Positions 9,236 through 18,693 of a DNA stretch of 64,000 bases are shown here, one piece after another. A program made the position numbers and the translations under genes. Source of the stretch: Actinomycetota bacterium (GTDB lineage Bacteria > Actinomycetota > JAHEXW01); contig JBAZZW010000001.1 of assembly GCA_041658625.1 (NCBI GenBank), forward strand, positions 761,760-825,759, written 5' to 3'. The notes beneath the pieces were generated by a model, which was not told where the DNA came from, did no database searches, and saw nothing but the letters and a program-made list of their open reading frames with translations. Each line of letters opens with the position of its first letter. Position 1 is the stretch's first letter.

Positions 9236-10531
9236 ATGATCGACCGTTACTGTCTACCCGAAATGAAGGCGGTCTGGAGCGAGGAGAACAAGTACCGCAA
9301 ATGGCTTGACGTGGAGATCGCCGCCTGCGAAGCCCACGCCGAGCTGGGTGTAATCCCCCGCGACGCGCTGGCGGCTATTAAGAAGAACGCGGACTTCGAC
9401 GTGCCGAGGATTCTGGACATAGAAGACGAGGTCCAGCACGACGTTATCGCCTTCCTGACCTGCGTCAACGAATATGTCGGTTCGGCCGGCAAGTATATCC
9501 ACTACGGTATGACAAGTTCCGACGTGGTCGATACCGGGCTGTCGCTGACGATGCGCGAGGCCATGGACATAATCATCCAGAAAGCCGCGGCCTTCTCCGC
9601 GTTATTGCGGAAACAGGCTGAAAAATATAAGAACACCATCATGATCGGCCGTACCCACGGCGTCCACGCCGAGCCGATAACCTTCGGACTGAAGCTTCTT
9701 ATCTGGCATAACGAGATGGAGCGGAACTTGGATCGCTTGCGGGCGGCGCGTGAAGACATAAACGTCGGCATGATTTCAGGTGCCGTCGGCACCTACGCCA
9801 ATATCGACCCGCGTGTCGAGCAAATGGTCTGCAAGAAATTGGGACTTACACCTGAAGCTGCTTCCAACCAGGTGATTCAACGCGACCGGCACGCGGAGTA
9901 CATGGTGGCACTGGCCCTTACCGCCTCCAGCTTGGATAAATTCGCGACGGAGATTCGCGCTCTGCAGAAAACGGAAGTACGCGAGGTCGAAGAGCCGTTC
10001 GGCAAAGGCCAGAAAGGCAGCTCGGCCATGCCGCATAAGAAGAACCCGGTCATCTGCGAGCGCGTCTGTGGTTTGGCGCGGTTGGTGCGGACCAATTCCT
10101 TGGCGGCCATGGATAACGTGGCGCTGTGGCACGAGCGGGATATCTCGCACAGTTCGGTCGAGCGTGTAATCGTTCCCGACAGCACGCTGGCCTTAGACTA
10201 TATGCTGGAAAAATTCACCTTCGTCATCAGGGAACTGGCCGTATACCCGGAGAACATGCAAAATAATCTGGGCGCGACGCGAGGCTTGATTTTCTCCCAG
10301 CGTGTGCTGCTGGCCTTGATCGCCAAGGGTGTGTTGCGCGAGGACGCTTACCGGATCGTACAAAGGAACGCCATGGCGGTTTGGTCCGGCGATGACGATT
10401 TCAAAGCGTTTCTTATGAAAGACCAAGACGTTACCGACGTCTTGAAACCGGAAGAACTGGAACCGTTGTTCGACGCCGGCTACTATGTCCGCCACGTCGA
10501 CGAGATCTTTAATAGAAAAGTGACGCGGTAG
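9236..10531 (+). CDS. purB: adenylosuccinate lyase
   Basis: Fumarate-lyase signature GSSAMPHKKNP and N-terminus MIDRYCLPEM. 431 aa. Confidence 0.95.
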   Translation: MIDRYCLPEMKAVWSEENKYRKWLDVEIAACEAHAELGVIPRDALAAIKKNADFDVPRILDIEDEVQHDVIAFLTCVNEYVGSAGKYIHYGMTSSDVVDTGLSLTMREAMDIIIQKAAAFSALLRKQAEKYKNTIMIGRTHGVHAEPITFGLKLLIWHNEMERNLDRLRAAREDINVGMISGAVGTYANIDPRVEQMVCKKLGLTPEAASNQVIQRDRHAEYMVALALTASSLDKFATEIRALQKTEVREVEEPFGKGQKGSSAMPHKKNPVICERVCGLARLVRTNSLAAMDNVALWHERDISHSSVERVIVPDSTLALDYMLEKFTFVIRELAVYPENMQNNLGATRGLIFSQRVLLALIAKGVLREDAYRIVQRNAMAVWSGDDDFKAFLMKDQDVTDVLKPEELEPLFDAGYYVRHVDEIFNRKVTR

Positions 10532-10565
10532 ATATTAGTTAGAACCTAGACCGTGAGATTATTAC

Positions 10566-11025
10566 GACTCCCTCGCCGTGACCGGTTCGGGAGTCAGATA
10601 AAAGACTCCCTCTCTCTTGAGGGGAGAGGGTTGGGGTGAGGGTGCAAATTCCTTGACAACCAAGCAACACAAGACTAGTCAAGCCAAACGTCTCCGTGAC
10701 AACCAAGCAGACGCGGAAACAAAAGTCTGGACGCACCTTCGTGACAAACGGCTTGACGGTCTGAAGTTTCGCAGGCAACAGCCTATCGGGCCATATATAG
10801 TAGACTTTGCCTGTCTTGATAAAAGGCTCATTATTGAAATAGATGGCGGGCAACACAATCAAGAATCGGTTGACTTGGAGCGGGACAAATGGTTAACCGA
10901 ACAGGGCTATTTAATATTGAGGTTCTGGAACAACGATGTGTTCCAGAACACCAACGGGGTATTAGAAACGATTAGGGAGGCAAGCGCCACCCTCCCCTAA
11001 GTCCCCTCCCCTCAAGGGAGGGGGA
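10566..11025 (+). repeat. 460-bp repeat unit carrying a DUF559 gene (copy 2)
   Basis: Paralogous to 8290-8749. Sits in the purB-purC intergenic region. Confidence 0.85.
10617..11000 (+). CDS. DUF559 (Vsr-like endonuclease fold) domain protein, second copy
   Basis: Protein is near-identical to the 8302-8724 product (AKRLRDNQADAETKVWTHLRDKRL..., IIEIDGGQH, LRFWNNDV). Start uncertain. Confidence 0.75.
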   Translation: MRGEGWGEGANSLTTKQHKTSQAKRLRDNQADAETKVWTHLRDKRLDGLKFRRQQPIGPYIVDFACLDKRLIIEIDGGQHNQESVDLERDKWLTEQGYLILRFWNNDVFQNTNGVLETIREASATLP

Positions 11026-11042
11026 ATGATTAAGGAGCATGA

Positions 11043-11768
11043 ATGCAAGTTCAGGACGTTAAACAGGGCGAAATGATATATGAAGGCAAAGCGAAGATCG
11101 TTTACGCGACGGACAATCCGGCGCTCCTGATACAGCACTTCAAGGACAGCGCGACGGCCTTCGACGGCAAGAAAAAAGGCGAGATCAAGGATAAGGGCGT
11201 AGCTAACGCCGCGATTTCGACAAAGCTGTTCAGGATGCTGGAAGAAGAGGGCGTCGCGACGCATTTTGAGGGTATGTTGAACGATCGCGACATGTTGATC
11301 GACAACCTAGACATGATCAAGCTGGAGGCTATAACCAGGAATATCGCCGCCGGCAGCCTGGCCAAACGGCTTGGATACGAGGAAGGCACGCCGTTGAAGA
11401 AACCCGTCGTCGAGTTTTATTACAAGCGCGACGACCTGGGCGACCCCATCATCACCTGCCAGCACGTCATGGAGCTGGGCTTGATCGACGAGCCCGGATT
11501 CAAATATATCCGGGACCTGTCGTTCAGAATCAACGACATTTTGACCGGGTATTTCGACAGCATCGGACTAAAGCTGATCGACATGAAGATGGAATTCGGC
11601 TACGACCAGGAAGGCAACATCGTGTTGGGCGACGAGATCAGTCCGGACACCTGCCGCTTCTGGGACAAAGAGACGAATGAGAAATTGGACAAGGACCGTT
11701 TCCGCCGCGATCTTGGCGGCGTCGAAGAGGCCTACGAAGAGGTATTAAGGAGAGTAACAGGCTCATGA
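11043..11768 (+). CDS. purC: phosphoribosylaminoimidazole-succinocarboxamide (SAICAR) synthase
   Basis: YEGKAKIVY N-terminus and LIDMKMEFG, SPDTCRFWD motifs. 241 aa. Confidence 0.95.
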   Translation: MQVQDVKQGEMIYEGKAKIVYATDNPALLIQHFKDSATAFDGKKKGEIKDKGVANAAISTKLFRMLEEEGVATHFEGMLNDRDMLIDNLDMIKLEAITRNIAAGSLAKRLGYEEGTPLKKPVVEFYYKRDDLGDPIITCQHVMELGLIDEPGFKYIRDLSFRINDILTGYFDSIGLKLIDMKMEFGYDQEGNIVLGDEISPDTCRFWDKETNEKLDKDRFRRDLGGVEEAYEEVLRRVTGS

Positions 11769-12016
11769 CAATCGCGAAAGTGTACGTGACGCTGAAGGAA
11801 GGAATTCTGGACCCGCAAGGCCAGATCATCGGCAAGGCCCTCAAGACACAAGGGTACGATAATGTGTCCGAGGTCAAAGTCGGCAAGTTCATCGAGATGC
11901 GGCTGGAGGGCGGGGACGGGCCGGCGCTTAAGAAACAGATAGACAAGATTTCCCACGAGCTTTTATCCAACCCCGTGATCGAAAGTTATACCTTCGATAT
12001 CTTGGAGGAAGCGTAA
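11765..12016 (+). CDS. purS: FGAM synthase subunit PurS
   Basis: 83-aa protein VYVTLKEGILDPQG..., positioned between purC and purQ. ATGA overlap with purC. Confidence 0.9.
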   Translation: MTIAKVYVTLKEGILDPQGQIIGKALKTQGYDNVSEVKVGKFIEMRLEGGDGPALKKQIDKISHELLSNPVIESYTFDILEEA

Positions 12017-12712
12017 ATGCCGGCTAAGTTCGGCGTCGTCGTTTTTCCGGGTAGCAACTGCGATACGGATTGCTATTACGCCGCGGGGCTCGTCGGCGGT
12101 CAGACTTCATACATCTGGCACCAGGATAAAGACGTCTCCAAGTATGACTGCGTAATCCTGCCGGGAGGGTTTTCGTACGGCGATTATCTGCGTACGGGAG
12201 CCGTCGCCAAATTCAGCCCCGTCATGGACGCCATTCTTGATTACGCGGATAAAGGCGGCCATGTTATCGGTATCTGCAACGGTTTTCAGATTCTGCTGGA
12301 AGCGGGCTTGTTGCCTGGCGCGATGCTCCGAAACAGGGATCTCAAATTCATCTGCCGGTATGTGACGCTATCGGTCGGCAATAGCGACACCGCTTTTACC
12401 AACAAAGCCTTAAGCGGCGAGGTCATTAGGATGCCGATCGCCCACAACGAGGGCAACTATTACGCCGACGTGGCCACGCTGGCCGAGATGAACGCGAACG
12501 GCCAGATCGTCTTGCGCTACTGTGACAGCCACGGCGAAGCGACGGCCGAGGCCAACCCCAACGGCAGCCTGGAGAACATCGCCGGCATCGTCAACAAACA
12601 AGGCAACGTGTTCGGCCTGATGCCGCACCCGGAACGCGCGATTGAAGACATCCTGGGCAGCCACGACGGCCAACTGATATTCAAAAGCGTCATTTCGGCG
12701 GTGAGCAAATAG
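12017..12712 (+). CDS. purQ: FGAM synthase glutaminase subunit
   Basis: Class I glutamine amidotransferase: GICNGFQIL catalytic Cys and MPHPER His motif. 231 aa. Confidence 0.95.
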   Translation: MPAKFGVVVFPGSNCDTDCYYAAGLVGGQTSYIWHQDKDVSKYDCVILPGGFSYGDYLRTGAVAKFSPVMDAILDYADKGGHVIGICNGFQILLEAGLLPGAMLRNRDLKFICRYVTLSVGNSDTAFTNKALSGEVIRMPIAHNEGNYYADVATLAEMNANGQIVLRYCDSHGEATAEANPNGSLENIAGIVNKQGNVFGLMPHPERAIEDILGSHDGQLIFKSVISAVSK

Positions 12713-12752
12713 CCATGAGCCATGAGCCTTGAGCAGAAAAGGAAAAGAATAA

Positions 12753-14951
12753 GTGCCTGAACTATATAAAGAGTTAGGATTAACCACCGAAGAATACGAC
12801 AAGATCAAAAAGATTCTCGGGCGGGAGCCGACCGTGGTCGAACTGTCCATGTACTCGGTCATGTGGAGCGAGCACTGCAGCTACAAGAGCTCCAAGCCCG
12901 TATTGAAGATGTTCCCGACCAAGGGTCCCAGAATCCTGCAGGGACCGGGCGAGAACGCCGGCATCATCGACATCGGCGACGGCCTGGCCATTGCCATGAA
13001 GATCGAAAGCCACAACCACCCGTCGGCCATCGAGCCCTACCAGGGCGCTGCCACCGGCGTCGGCGGCATCCTGCGCGACATTTTCACCATGGGTGCGCGG
13101 CCGATCGCGCTGCTGGACCCGCTATATTTTGGGGAGCTCACCAACGACCGCACCAAGTATCTTTTCGAGGAGGTCGTGGCGGGCATCGCCGGTTACGGCA
13201 ACTGCACCGGCGTGCCGACGGTGGCGGGCAGTGTGAATTTTGAGGAATGCTACGAGGGCAATCCGCTGGTCAATGTCATGGCCGTCGGTCTGATGCGCCG
13301 CGACAAAATTACTAAGGGTATTGCTTCCGGCGAGGGCAACGTCGTCATCGTCTTTGGCAACAAGACCGGCCGGGATGGCATCGGCGGCGTTAGCGTCTTG
13401 GCCAGTCAGGAGTTCACCGAGGAATCGGCGGCCAAGCGGCCTAGCGTCCAGGTCGGCGACCCGTTTACGGAGAAACTTCTAATTGAAGCCTCACTGGAAC
13501 TAATAGATAACAAGTTGGTCGTCGGGTTACAGGATTTCGGCGGCGCCGGTTTGACCTGCGCCACCAGCGAAACGGCTTCCCGCGCCAGTACCGGTATGGA
13601 GATCGACGTCCGCCTGGTCGAACAGCGGGAACCGAACATGGAAGCATTTGAGATCATGGTTAGCGAAAGCCAGGAGCGGATGTTGGCCATTTGTACTCCT
13701 GAGAATAAGGATAAGGTTCTGGCGATTTGCCGCAGATGGGGACTGGACGCCGGTGTGATCGGCCACGTGACCGGCGACGGACAACTCCGCGTCAAAGACA
13801 ACGGCGAGGTCGTTGGGGACATGCCGGCGCGCTCGCTGGCGGACGAGGCGATCCAGTACGATCGCCCAGTCAAAAAGCCCGAGTATCTGGCCAAGGTTCA
13901 GGCCTTTGACGCCCGCAGCGTGAAGCATCCGGCTGATATCGCCAAGACGTTGTTGCAGCTTATCCAATCGCCCAATTTGTGCAGCCGGCACTGGGTTTAC
14001 GAGCAGTATGACCATATGGTCCAGACCAACACGGCGGTTTTGCCCGGCGGCGACGCTGCCGTTATCCGTTTGAAGGGCACAAACAAAGGCATCGCGCTAA
14101 CCGTCGACGGAAACGGCCGTTATTGTTATCTCGACCCCTACGTCGGAGCGGAGATCGCGGTCGCTGAAGCGGCGCGCAACGTCGTGGCCGCGGGCGCGAA
14201 ACCGCTGGCCGTCACCGATTGCTTAAACTTCGGCAACCCGGAGAAGCCGGAGAACTTCTGGCAGTTCCGCGAGGCCGTCATAGGGATGTCGGAGGCCTGC
14301 GCGAAGCTGGAGACGCCCGTTGTGGGCGGCAATGTCAGTTTCTATAACGAATGGCAAAAAGGCGCCATTTTCCCGACGCCGGTTGTCGGGATGCTGGGAT
14401 TGATCGAGGACATCGATAAACGTATGACGGCCGGATTCAAAAAGGAAGGCCACGTCATCGCAATAATCGGCGAAACCCTGCCCGAACTGGGCGGCAGTGA
14501 ATATCTTAAAGTCATCCACAAGAAAGTCGCCGGCCGGCCGCCGGCGCTGAACCTGGCCAAGGAACTTAGCTTGCACAAAGCGGTTTTAGAAGCAATCAAA
14601 CTCGGTTTGATTAAGAGCGCGCATGACCTCTCCGAAGGCGGTTTGGGATTCGCTTTGGCCGAATGTTGTATGCTCGGCGGCGTCGGCGCGTCCATCAACG
14701 CGGGCAAGGGCAAGATCCACCATCTGGAAATGAACGAGTGGTTGTGGAGTGAAACCCAGTCCCGGATGCTGGTTTCACTGCCTGAAAAGTCCATGTTTCT
14801 GCTGGACAGAGTAGCCCACACCAACCGGGTGCCGGTTATGTACATCGGCCGCGTCGGTGGCAATGACCTGGTCATTGATGATATACTGGACATACCGGTC
14901 GAAGAGATGAACCAAGCCTGGCGAGGTTCGCTAAATTGCCTGATGAGTTAG
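12753..14951 (+). CDS. purL: FGAM synthase subunit PurL
   Basis: SEHCSYKSSK, ESHNHPS and GGILRDIFTMGARP motifs. 732 aa. Confidence 0.95.
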   Translation: MPELYKELGLTTEEYDKIKKILGREPTVVELSMYSVMWSEHCSYKSSKPVLKMFPTKGPRILQGPGENAGIIDIGDGLAIAMKIESHNHPSAIEPYQGAATGVGGILRDIFTMGARPIALLDPLYFGELTNDRTKYLFEEVVAGIAGYGNCTGVPTVAGSVNFEECYEGNPLVNVMAVGLMRRDKITKGIASGEGNVVIVFGNKTGRDGIGGVSVLASQEFTEESAAKRPSVQVGDPFTEKLLIEASLELIDNKLVVGLQDFGGAGLTCATSETASRASTGMEIDVRLVEQREPNMEAFEIMVSESQERMLAICTPENKDKVLAICRRWGLDAGVIGHVTGDGQLRVKDNGEVVGDMPARSLADEAIQYDRPVKKPEYLAKVQAFDARSVKHPADIAKTLLQLIQSPNLCSRHWVYEQYDHMVQTNTAVLPGGDAAVIRLKGTNKGIALTVDGNGRYCYLDPYVGAEIAVAEAARNVVAAGAKPLAVTDCLNFGNPEKPENFWQFREAVIGMSEACAKLETPVVGGNVSFYNEWQKGAIFPTPVVGMLGLIEDIDKRMTAGFKKEGHVIAIIGETLPELGGSEYLKVIHKKVAGRPPALNLAKELSLHKAVLEAIKLGLIKSAHDLSEGGLGFALAECCMLGGVGASINAGKGKIHHLEMNEWLWSETQSRMLVSLPEKSMFLLDRVAHTNRVPVMYIGRVGGNDLVIDDILDIPVEEMNQAWRGSLNCLMS

Positions 14952-16381
14952 ACATAAGCACGGACACCGTCCACGACGAGTGCGGCGTCTTCGGTATTTT
15001 CGCCCCCGGAGAGTCGGTCGCCAAGCTTACGTACTACGGTTTATACGCCCTCCAGCACCGCGGCCAGGAAAGCGCCGGTATCGCCGTATCCGATGGGGAA
15101 AACACCATGGTCTTCAAGGACATGGGTCTGGTCAGCCAGGTATTTACCGAACGCGACTTAAACACCTTGCAGGGCTATATCGCCATCGGCCACGTCCGCT
15201 ATTCCACGACCGGCACGTCCAACTGGGAGAACTCTCAACCCATCCATAAGGCGTCGGACCATTTTTCTGTGTCGCTGGCCCACAACGGCAACCTGATCAA
15301 CACGCATGAGTTGCGTAGCCGGTTGCAGAAAAAGGGTGTTGAATTCCAGTCCACCTCTGATTCCGAGGTCATCGCGGAGCTGATCATCCAGGCGAACAAG
15401 AAGACCGTCGAGGCGTCCGTCCGCTCCGCGGTCAAACGGGTCCGAGGCGCTTATTCGCTGGTTATCATGACCGACAACAAGCTTATCGGCGTGCGCGACA
15501 TGTTCGGCATCCGTCCGCTCGCGCTGGGCCAGTTGCACGGCAACTATATTTTAAGCAGCGAGACCTGCGGCTTGGATGTTGTCGGCGCGGAGTTTCTGCG
15601 CGAGGTTCTACCGGGCGAGATGGTGGTCATCGACGATAAGGGCTTGAAGTCGTACCGGATATTCAAAGAACCGGTGCCCAGCCTATGTATTTTTGAATAT
15701 GTCTATCTGGCCAGGCCGGACAGCAATCTGTACGGGCATAACGTAGCCGGAGTCCGTAAGAATATGGGACGCGAGCTTGCCAAGGAAGCCCCGGTCGAAG
15801 CGGATCTCGTCATCCCGGTGCCGGACTCGGGCAACGCCGCCGCCCAGGGCTACGCGGAACAAAGCGGCATCCCCTACGGTGAAGGTTTCGTCAAGAACCG
15901 CTATATCGGCCGGACGTTCATCCAGCCGTCGCAAACCATCCGCCAGCAGGGCATCCGCCTGAAGCTAAATCCGCTCAAAGAGGTCATCGAAGGCAAGCGG
16001 CTGGTCGTGGTGGACGATTCGATCGTCCGCGGCAACACCTCGAAGAAAATCATCCAGGTCTTGCGGAAAGCTGGGGCCAAAGAGATCCACATGCGCGTCA
16101 GCAGCCCGAAGATTGAGTGGCCTTGCTTTTACGGCATCGACACCGCCGAACGAAAGGATCTGATCGCCGCCAACTTGTCAGTCGCTCAGATCCGAGACTT
16201 TCTAAACGCCGACTCGCTTAAGTACATCAGCCACGCCGGGCTGGTCCGGGCCGTCGGAGGACTGAAATCGGAATTCTGCATGGCCTGCTTCGACGGCAAA
16301 TATCCCATCCCCATCCCGCAACGCGTCAAGGTTACTAAGTTCTCCCTGGAAAAAGGCAAGAAAGCCGAAACCCTGTTTTAA
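14936..16381 (+). CDS. purF: amidophosphoribosyltransferase
   Basis: Ntn Cys in HDECGVFGI and PRTase motif VVVDDSIVRGNTS. Overlaps the purL end by 16 nt. Confidence 0.95.
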   Translation: MPDELDISTDTVHDECGVFGIFAPGESVAKLTYYGLYALQHRGQESAGIAVSDGENTMVFKDMGLVSQVFTERDLNTLQGYIAIGHVRYSTTGTSNWENSQPIHKASDHFSVSLAHNGNLINTHELRSRLQKKGVEFQSTSDSEVIAELIIQANKKTVEASVRSAVKRVRGAYSLVIMTDNKLIGVRDMFGIRPLALGQLHGNYILSSETCGLDVVGAEFLREVLPGEMVVIDDKGLKSYRIFKEPVPSLCIFEYVYLARPDSNLYGHNVAGVRKNMGRELAKEAPVEADLVIPVPDSGNAAAQGYAEQSGIPYGEGFVKNRYIGRTFIQPSQTIRQQGIRLKLNPLKEVIEGKRLVVVDDSIVRGNTSKKIIQVLRKAGAKEIHMRVSSPKIEWPCFYGIDTAERKDLIAANLSVAQIRDFLNADSLKYISHAGLVRAVGGLKSEFCMACFDGKYPIPIPQRVKVTKFSLEKGKKAETLF

Positions 16382-16382
16382 A

Positions 16383-16583
16383 AAGTGACTCGCATGCAGC
16401 TCGCGGCCTACCATCGTTAGGGCTTTGGGGTCAGGCCCTTTCTTCTTATGCGATAGGGCCTGACCCCGTGTTTCAAGTCGCAACGCCTTCGCGAACAATG
16501 CTCTCCGCTCGAACAGCGATTTGCCTACATGCTCGATCAATATTATCTCCTCGCCCCTACGGGGAGAGGGCAGGGTGAGGGTG
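16383..16583. repeat. composite intergenic repeat, copy A
   Basis: aagtgactcgcatgcagctcgcggcctaccatcgttagggctttggggtcaggccc...gggcctgaccccgtgtttcaagtcgcaacgcc...ggggagagggcagggtgagggtg recurs at 23352, 24077 and, diverged, at 27107. Begins 2 nt after the purF stop. Confidence 0.85.
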
Positions 16584-16680
16584 CTATTACTTAGGACACA
16601 TTCCCGGGAATGTGTCCGGGAGGACTTCATTTCTGCATTTGCACAAATACGGAATTTGCGCAAATGACTATACTGTTTCT

Positions 16681-17055
16681 ATGGGACCATATGTGCACCG
16701 CGACCTGACTATTAAGTGGGCGATCGAGGCCGGTTTCTCGCCGGAAGAGGCCGAACTGATCGGGCAGGCTGACCTCGATTTGGACAAGAAGCGATGGGTC
16801 AAACCCTGGGTACATTTCAGACTGTTCGGCGCCGGTCTTATCGGAAGTGTTTTAGCCTGGCGCGCCCGCCGCCGCCGCGACCTTAAGCTGCTTGGCTACA
16901 CCTTACACGCCGCCCAGGATGCCATTGGCCACGGTTGGATTCTGCCTTTCAGGCATGAACCGGCGCTTGACGATTGGGCGACAACTGCTGAGGATATCCG
17001 GCACCGCATCCAAACGGCGACGCTCGAAATATTAAACCGGTACAAAACTTCGTAA
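16681..17055 (+). CDS. hypothetical protein
   Basis: ORF with ATG at 16681 (MGPYVHRD...). The longer 16612 start would run into the upstream repeat. No family recognised. LHAAQDAIGHGW suggests a metal site. Confidence 0.4.
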   Translation: MGPYVHRDLTIKWAIEAGFSPEEAELIGQADLDLDKKRWVKPWVHFRLFGAGLIGSVLAWRARRRRDLKLLGYTLHAAQDAIGHGWILPFRHEPALDDWATTAEDIRHRIQTATLEILNRYKTS

Positions 17056-17111
17056 GCATTGTTACTATTGACAGGCTTGTCGGGTTCTGATATTTTGTAA
17101 GCAATTGAATA

Positions 17112-17235
17112 TACTCTCCGACCCCGATTCATCCCACGCGGATGATTGGGGCGACGAGCGCCAAAGTACTCTGGCGCTCAAAGGGTGTAGGAAGCAATTC
17201 CTGCGCCTCCCGTATTTGGAAAGGAGACGGATTGT
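17112..17235 (+). promoter_or_regulatory. Moco/Tuco (molybdenum or tungsten cofactor) riboswitch-like leader
   Basis: actCTCCGAcccc..., stem ccccgattcatcc/ggatgattgggg, stem gcgcc/ggcgc, stem aggaa/ttcct, then GCGCCUCCCG...GGAAAGGAGACGG. This matches my memory of the Moco RNA motif core (CUCCGAG.., GCCUCCC, GGAAAGGAG). Lies upstream of a tungstate/molybdate binding protein. Confidence 0.6.
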
Positions 17236-17247
17236 GCCTCTAGGTTG

Positions 17248-17288
17248 GCGCATACCTGTTGTCTTTTCATACGGTATGCGCTTTTTTA
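17248..17288 (+). terminator. intrinsic terminator (riboswitch expression platform)
   Basis: Stem gcgcatacc (17248-17256) / ggtatgcgc (17273-17281), followed by TTTTTT. Confidence 0.7.
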
Positions 17289-17334
17289 TATCAGTGAATC
17301 GCATGTCGGATGATTAGCTTAAGGAGGAAGATTT

Positions 17335-18201
17335 TTGGGTAGATCAAGAACAAGAATTATTGCGGCAACCGTCGCGCTCAGCTTGATTTTGTCAATCGGG
17401 CTGTTCGGATGTACCAAGACAGTGACCAAGACCGAAACAAAGCCAGCTGCGACTAACCTGATTTTGGCGACTACGACCAGCACCGCCGACACGGGGCTTC
17501 TCGACTATCTGTTACCGATGTTCGAGAAGAAGTACAACGTGAAGGTCAAACCGATTGCGGTCGGTACCGGTGAGGCCATTGCTATGGGCCAGCGGGGTGA
17601 AGCCGATGTCTTGCTTGTCCACTCAAGAACGAATGAAGATAAATTCATGGCTGAAGGATATGGCTCGATCCGCAAGGACGTAATGTACAACGATTTCGTC
17701 CTCATCGGTCCCAAGAGCGACCCGGCAAAGGCCAAAGGTCAGGGTCCCGCTAAGGCATTCGCGGCTATTGCTGCTGCGCAAGCCAATTTCGTCAGCAGAG
17801 GGGATAACTCCGGGACGCATAACAAGGAAAAATCTATCTGGACCAAAGCAGCCGTAACGCCGGCCGGCGCCTGGTACATCGTTACCGGCCAGGGCATGGG
17901 CGAGAGCACCAAGATCGCCGAGGAGAAGCAGGCCTATATCTTGATCGACCGGGGCACGTACCTGGCGCTCAAGAAAACGCTGACGCTGGAAATCATAGTT
18001 GAGGGGCAGAAAGAGCTCTTCAATCCCTACGGCGTTATTGTTGTAAACAAGGCCAAGTTCTCGAAAGTGAACGAAGTCGACGCCAAGAAATTCGTTGACT
18101 GGATTACCTCAGCCGATGTTCAGAAACTGATCGGCGAGTTCGGTGTAAAGAAATACGGCCAGGCATTGTTCACGCCTAGCGCCGCCACAGGCAATCCGTA
18201 A
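17335..18201 (+). CDS. tungstate/molybdate ABC-type substrate-binding lipoprotein (TupA-like)
   Basis: Lipobox LFGC. LILATTTSTADTGLLDYLLPMFEKKYNVKVKPIAVGTGEAIAMGQRGEADVLLVH is typical of TupA-type PBP. AAGGAGG precedes the TTG start. Confidence 0.8.
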   Translation: MGRSRTRIIAATVALSLILSIGLFGCTKTVTKTETKPAATNLILATTTSTADTGLLDYLLPMFEKKYNVKVKPIAVGTGEAIAMGQRGEADVLLVHSRTNEDKFMAEGYGSIRKDVMYNDFVLIGPKSDPAKAKGQGPAKAFAAIAAAQANFVSRGDNSGTHNKEKSIWTKAAVTPAGAWYIVTGQGMGESTKIAEEKQAYILIDRGTYLALKKTLTLEIIVEGQKELFNPYGVIVVNKAKFSKVNEVDAKKFVDWITSADVQKLIGEFGVKKYGQALFTPSAATGNP

Positions 18202-18218
18202 GATTTACTCTGAATAAA

Positions 18219-18256
18219 GGGCCAGGATTCGTGGAATGCGAGTCCTGGCCCTTTTG
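18219..18256 (+). terminator. intrinsic terminator
   Basis: Stem gggccagga / tcctggccc, followed by TTTT. Confidence 0.7.
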
Positions 18257-18329
18257 GCCCTCTCTTTTTTTGATGCCCAAGAAAGATAGCGGTACAGTCA
18301 AGAGAGACAACTTCGGAAAAGGGGTTCGC

Positions 18330-18536
18330 ATGCAACTGAGCGCGAGGAACCAGTTCCAAGGGAAAGTAGTTGACGTAAAGACTGGGGCAATCATGGGGGA
18401 AGTAACAATCGAGGTTAACGGCCCGATAACAGTGGTCGCGGAGATCACAAAGGCCTCGACCGAACGGCTGGGATTGGCGGCAGGCGATGACGTCACTGCC
18501 ATCATCAAAGCCACTGAGATTTTGGTCGGCAAGTAG
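18330..18536 (+). CDS. molybdopterin-binding (Mop/TOBE, molbindin) protein
   Basis: 68 aa. MQLSARNQFQGKVVDVKTGAIMGEVTIEV...VTAIIKATEILV is the canonical Mop domain. ATG at 18330 lies inside the longer tracked ORF. Confidence 0.8.
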   Translation: MQLSARNQFQGKVVDVKTGAIMGEVTIEVNGPITVVAEITKASTERLGLAAGDDVTAIIKATEILVGK

Positions 18537-18629
18537 TAAGCCACCGCAGAGTATTGCATCACAGAGCCTTCTTCCTGAAAGAGAGGGGGCTATTCTGCCG
18601 GGCAATCCCTAAACCTAAGAAATTCCAAG

Positions 18630-18664
18630 AAAGGCCGCCCGTCAAACGGGCGGCCTTTCTATTT
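18630..18664 (+). terminator. intrinsic terminator
   Basis: Stem aaaggccgccc / gggcggccttt with a gtcaaac loop and a T-rich tail. Confidence 0.75.
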
Positions 18665-18693
18665 AAAGACTCCACCGGCGGTATAATATTGTT

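Noticed and set aside
16202-16663. ORFs on the minus strand of the composite repeats (also 23405-23641, 24049-24294 and 24108-24551) share the peptide ...ALRLETRGQALSHKKKGPDPKALTMVGRELHAS. This raised the possibility that the repeat encodes a protein.
   Set aside because: The identity is at nucleotide level. The reading frame is broken differently in each copy (copy B is in another frame). Starts and stops are not conserved, and the peptide runs through the hairpin. It fits a non-coding repeat better.
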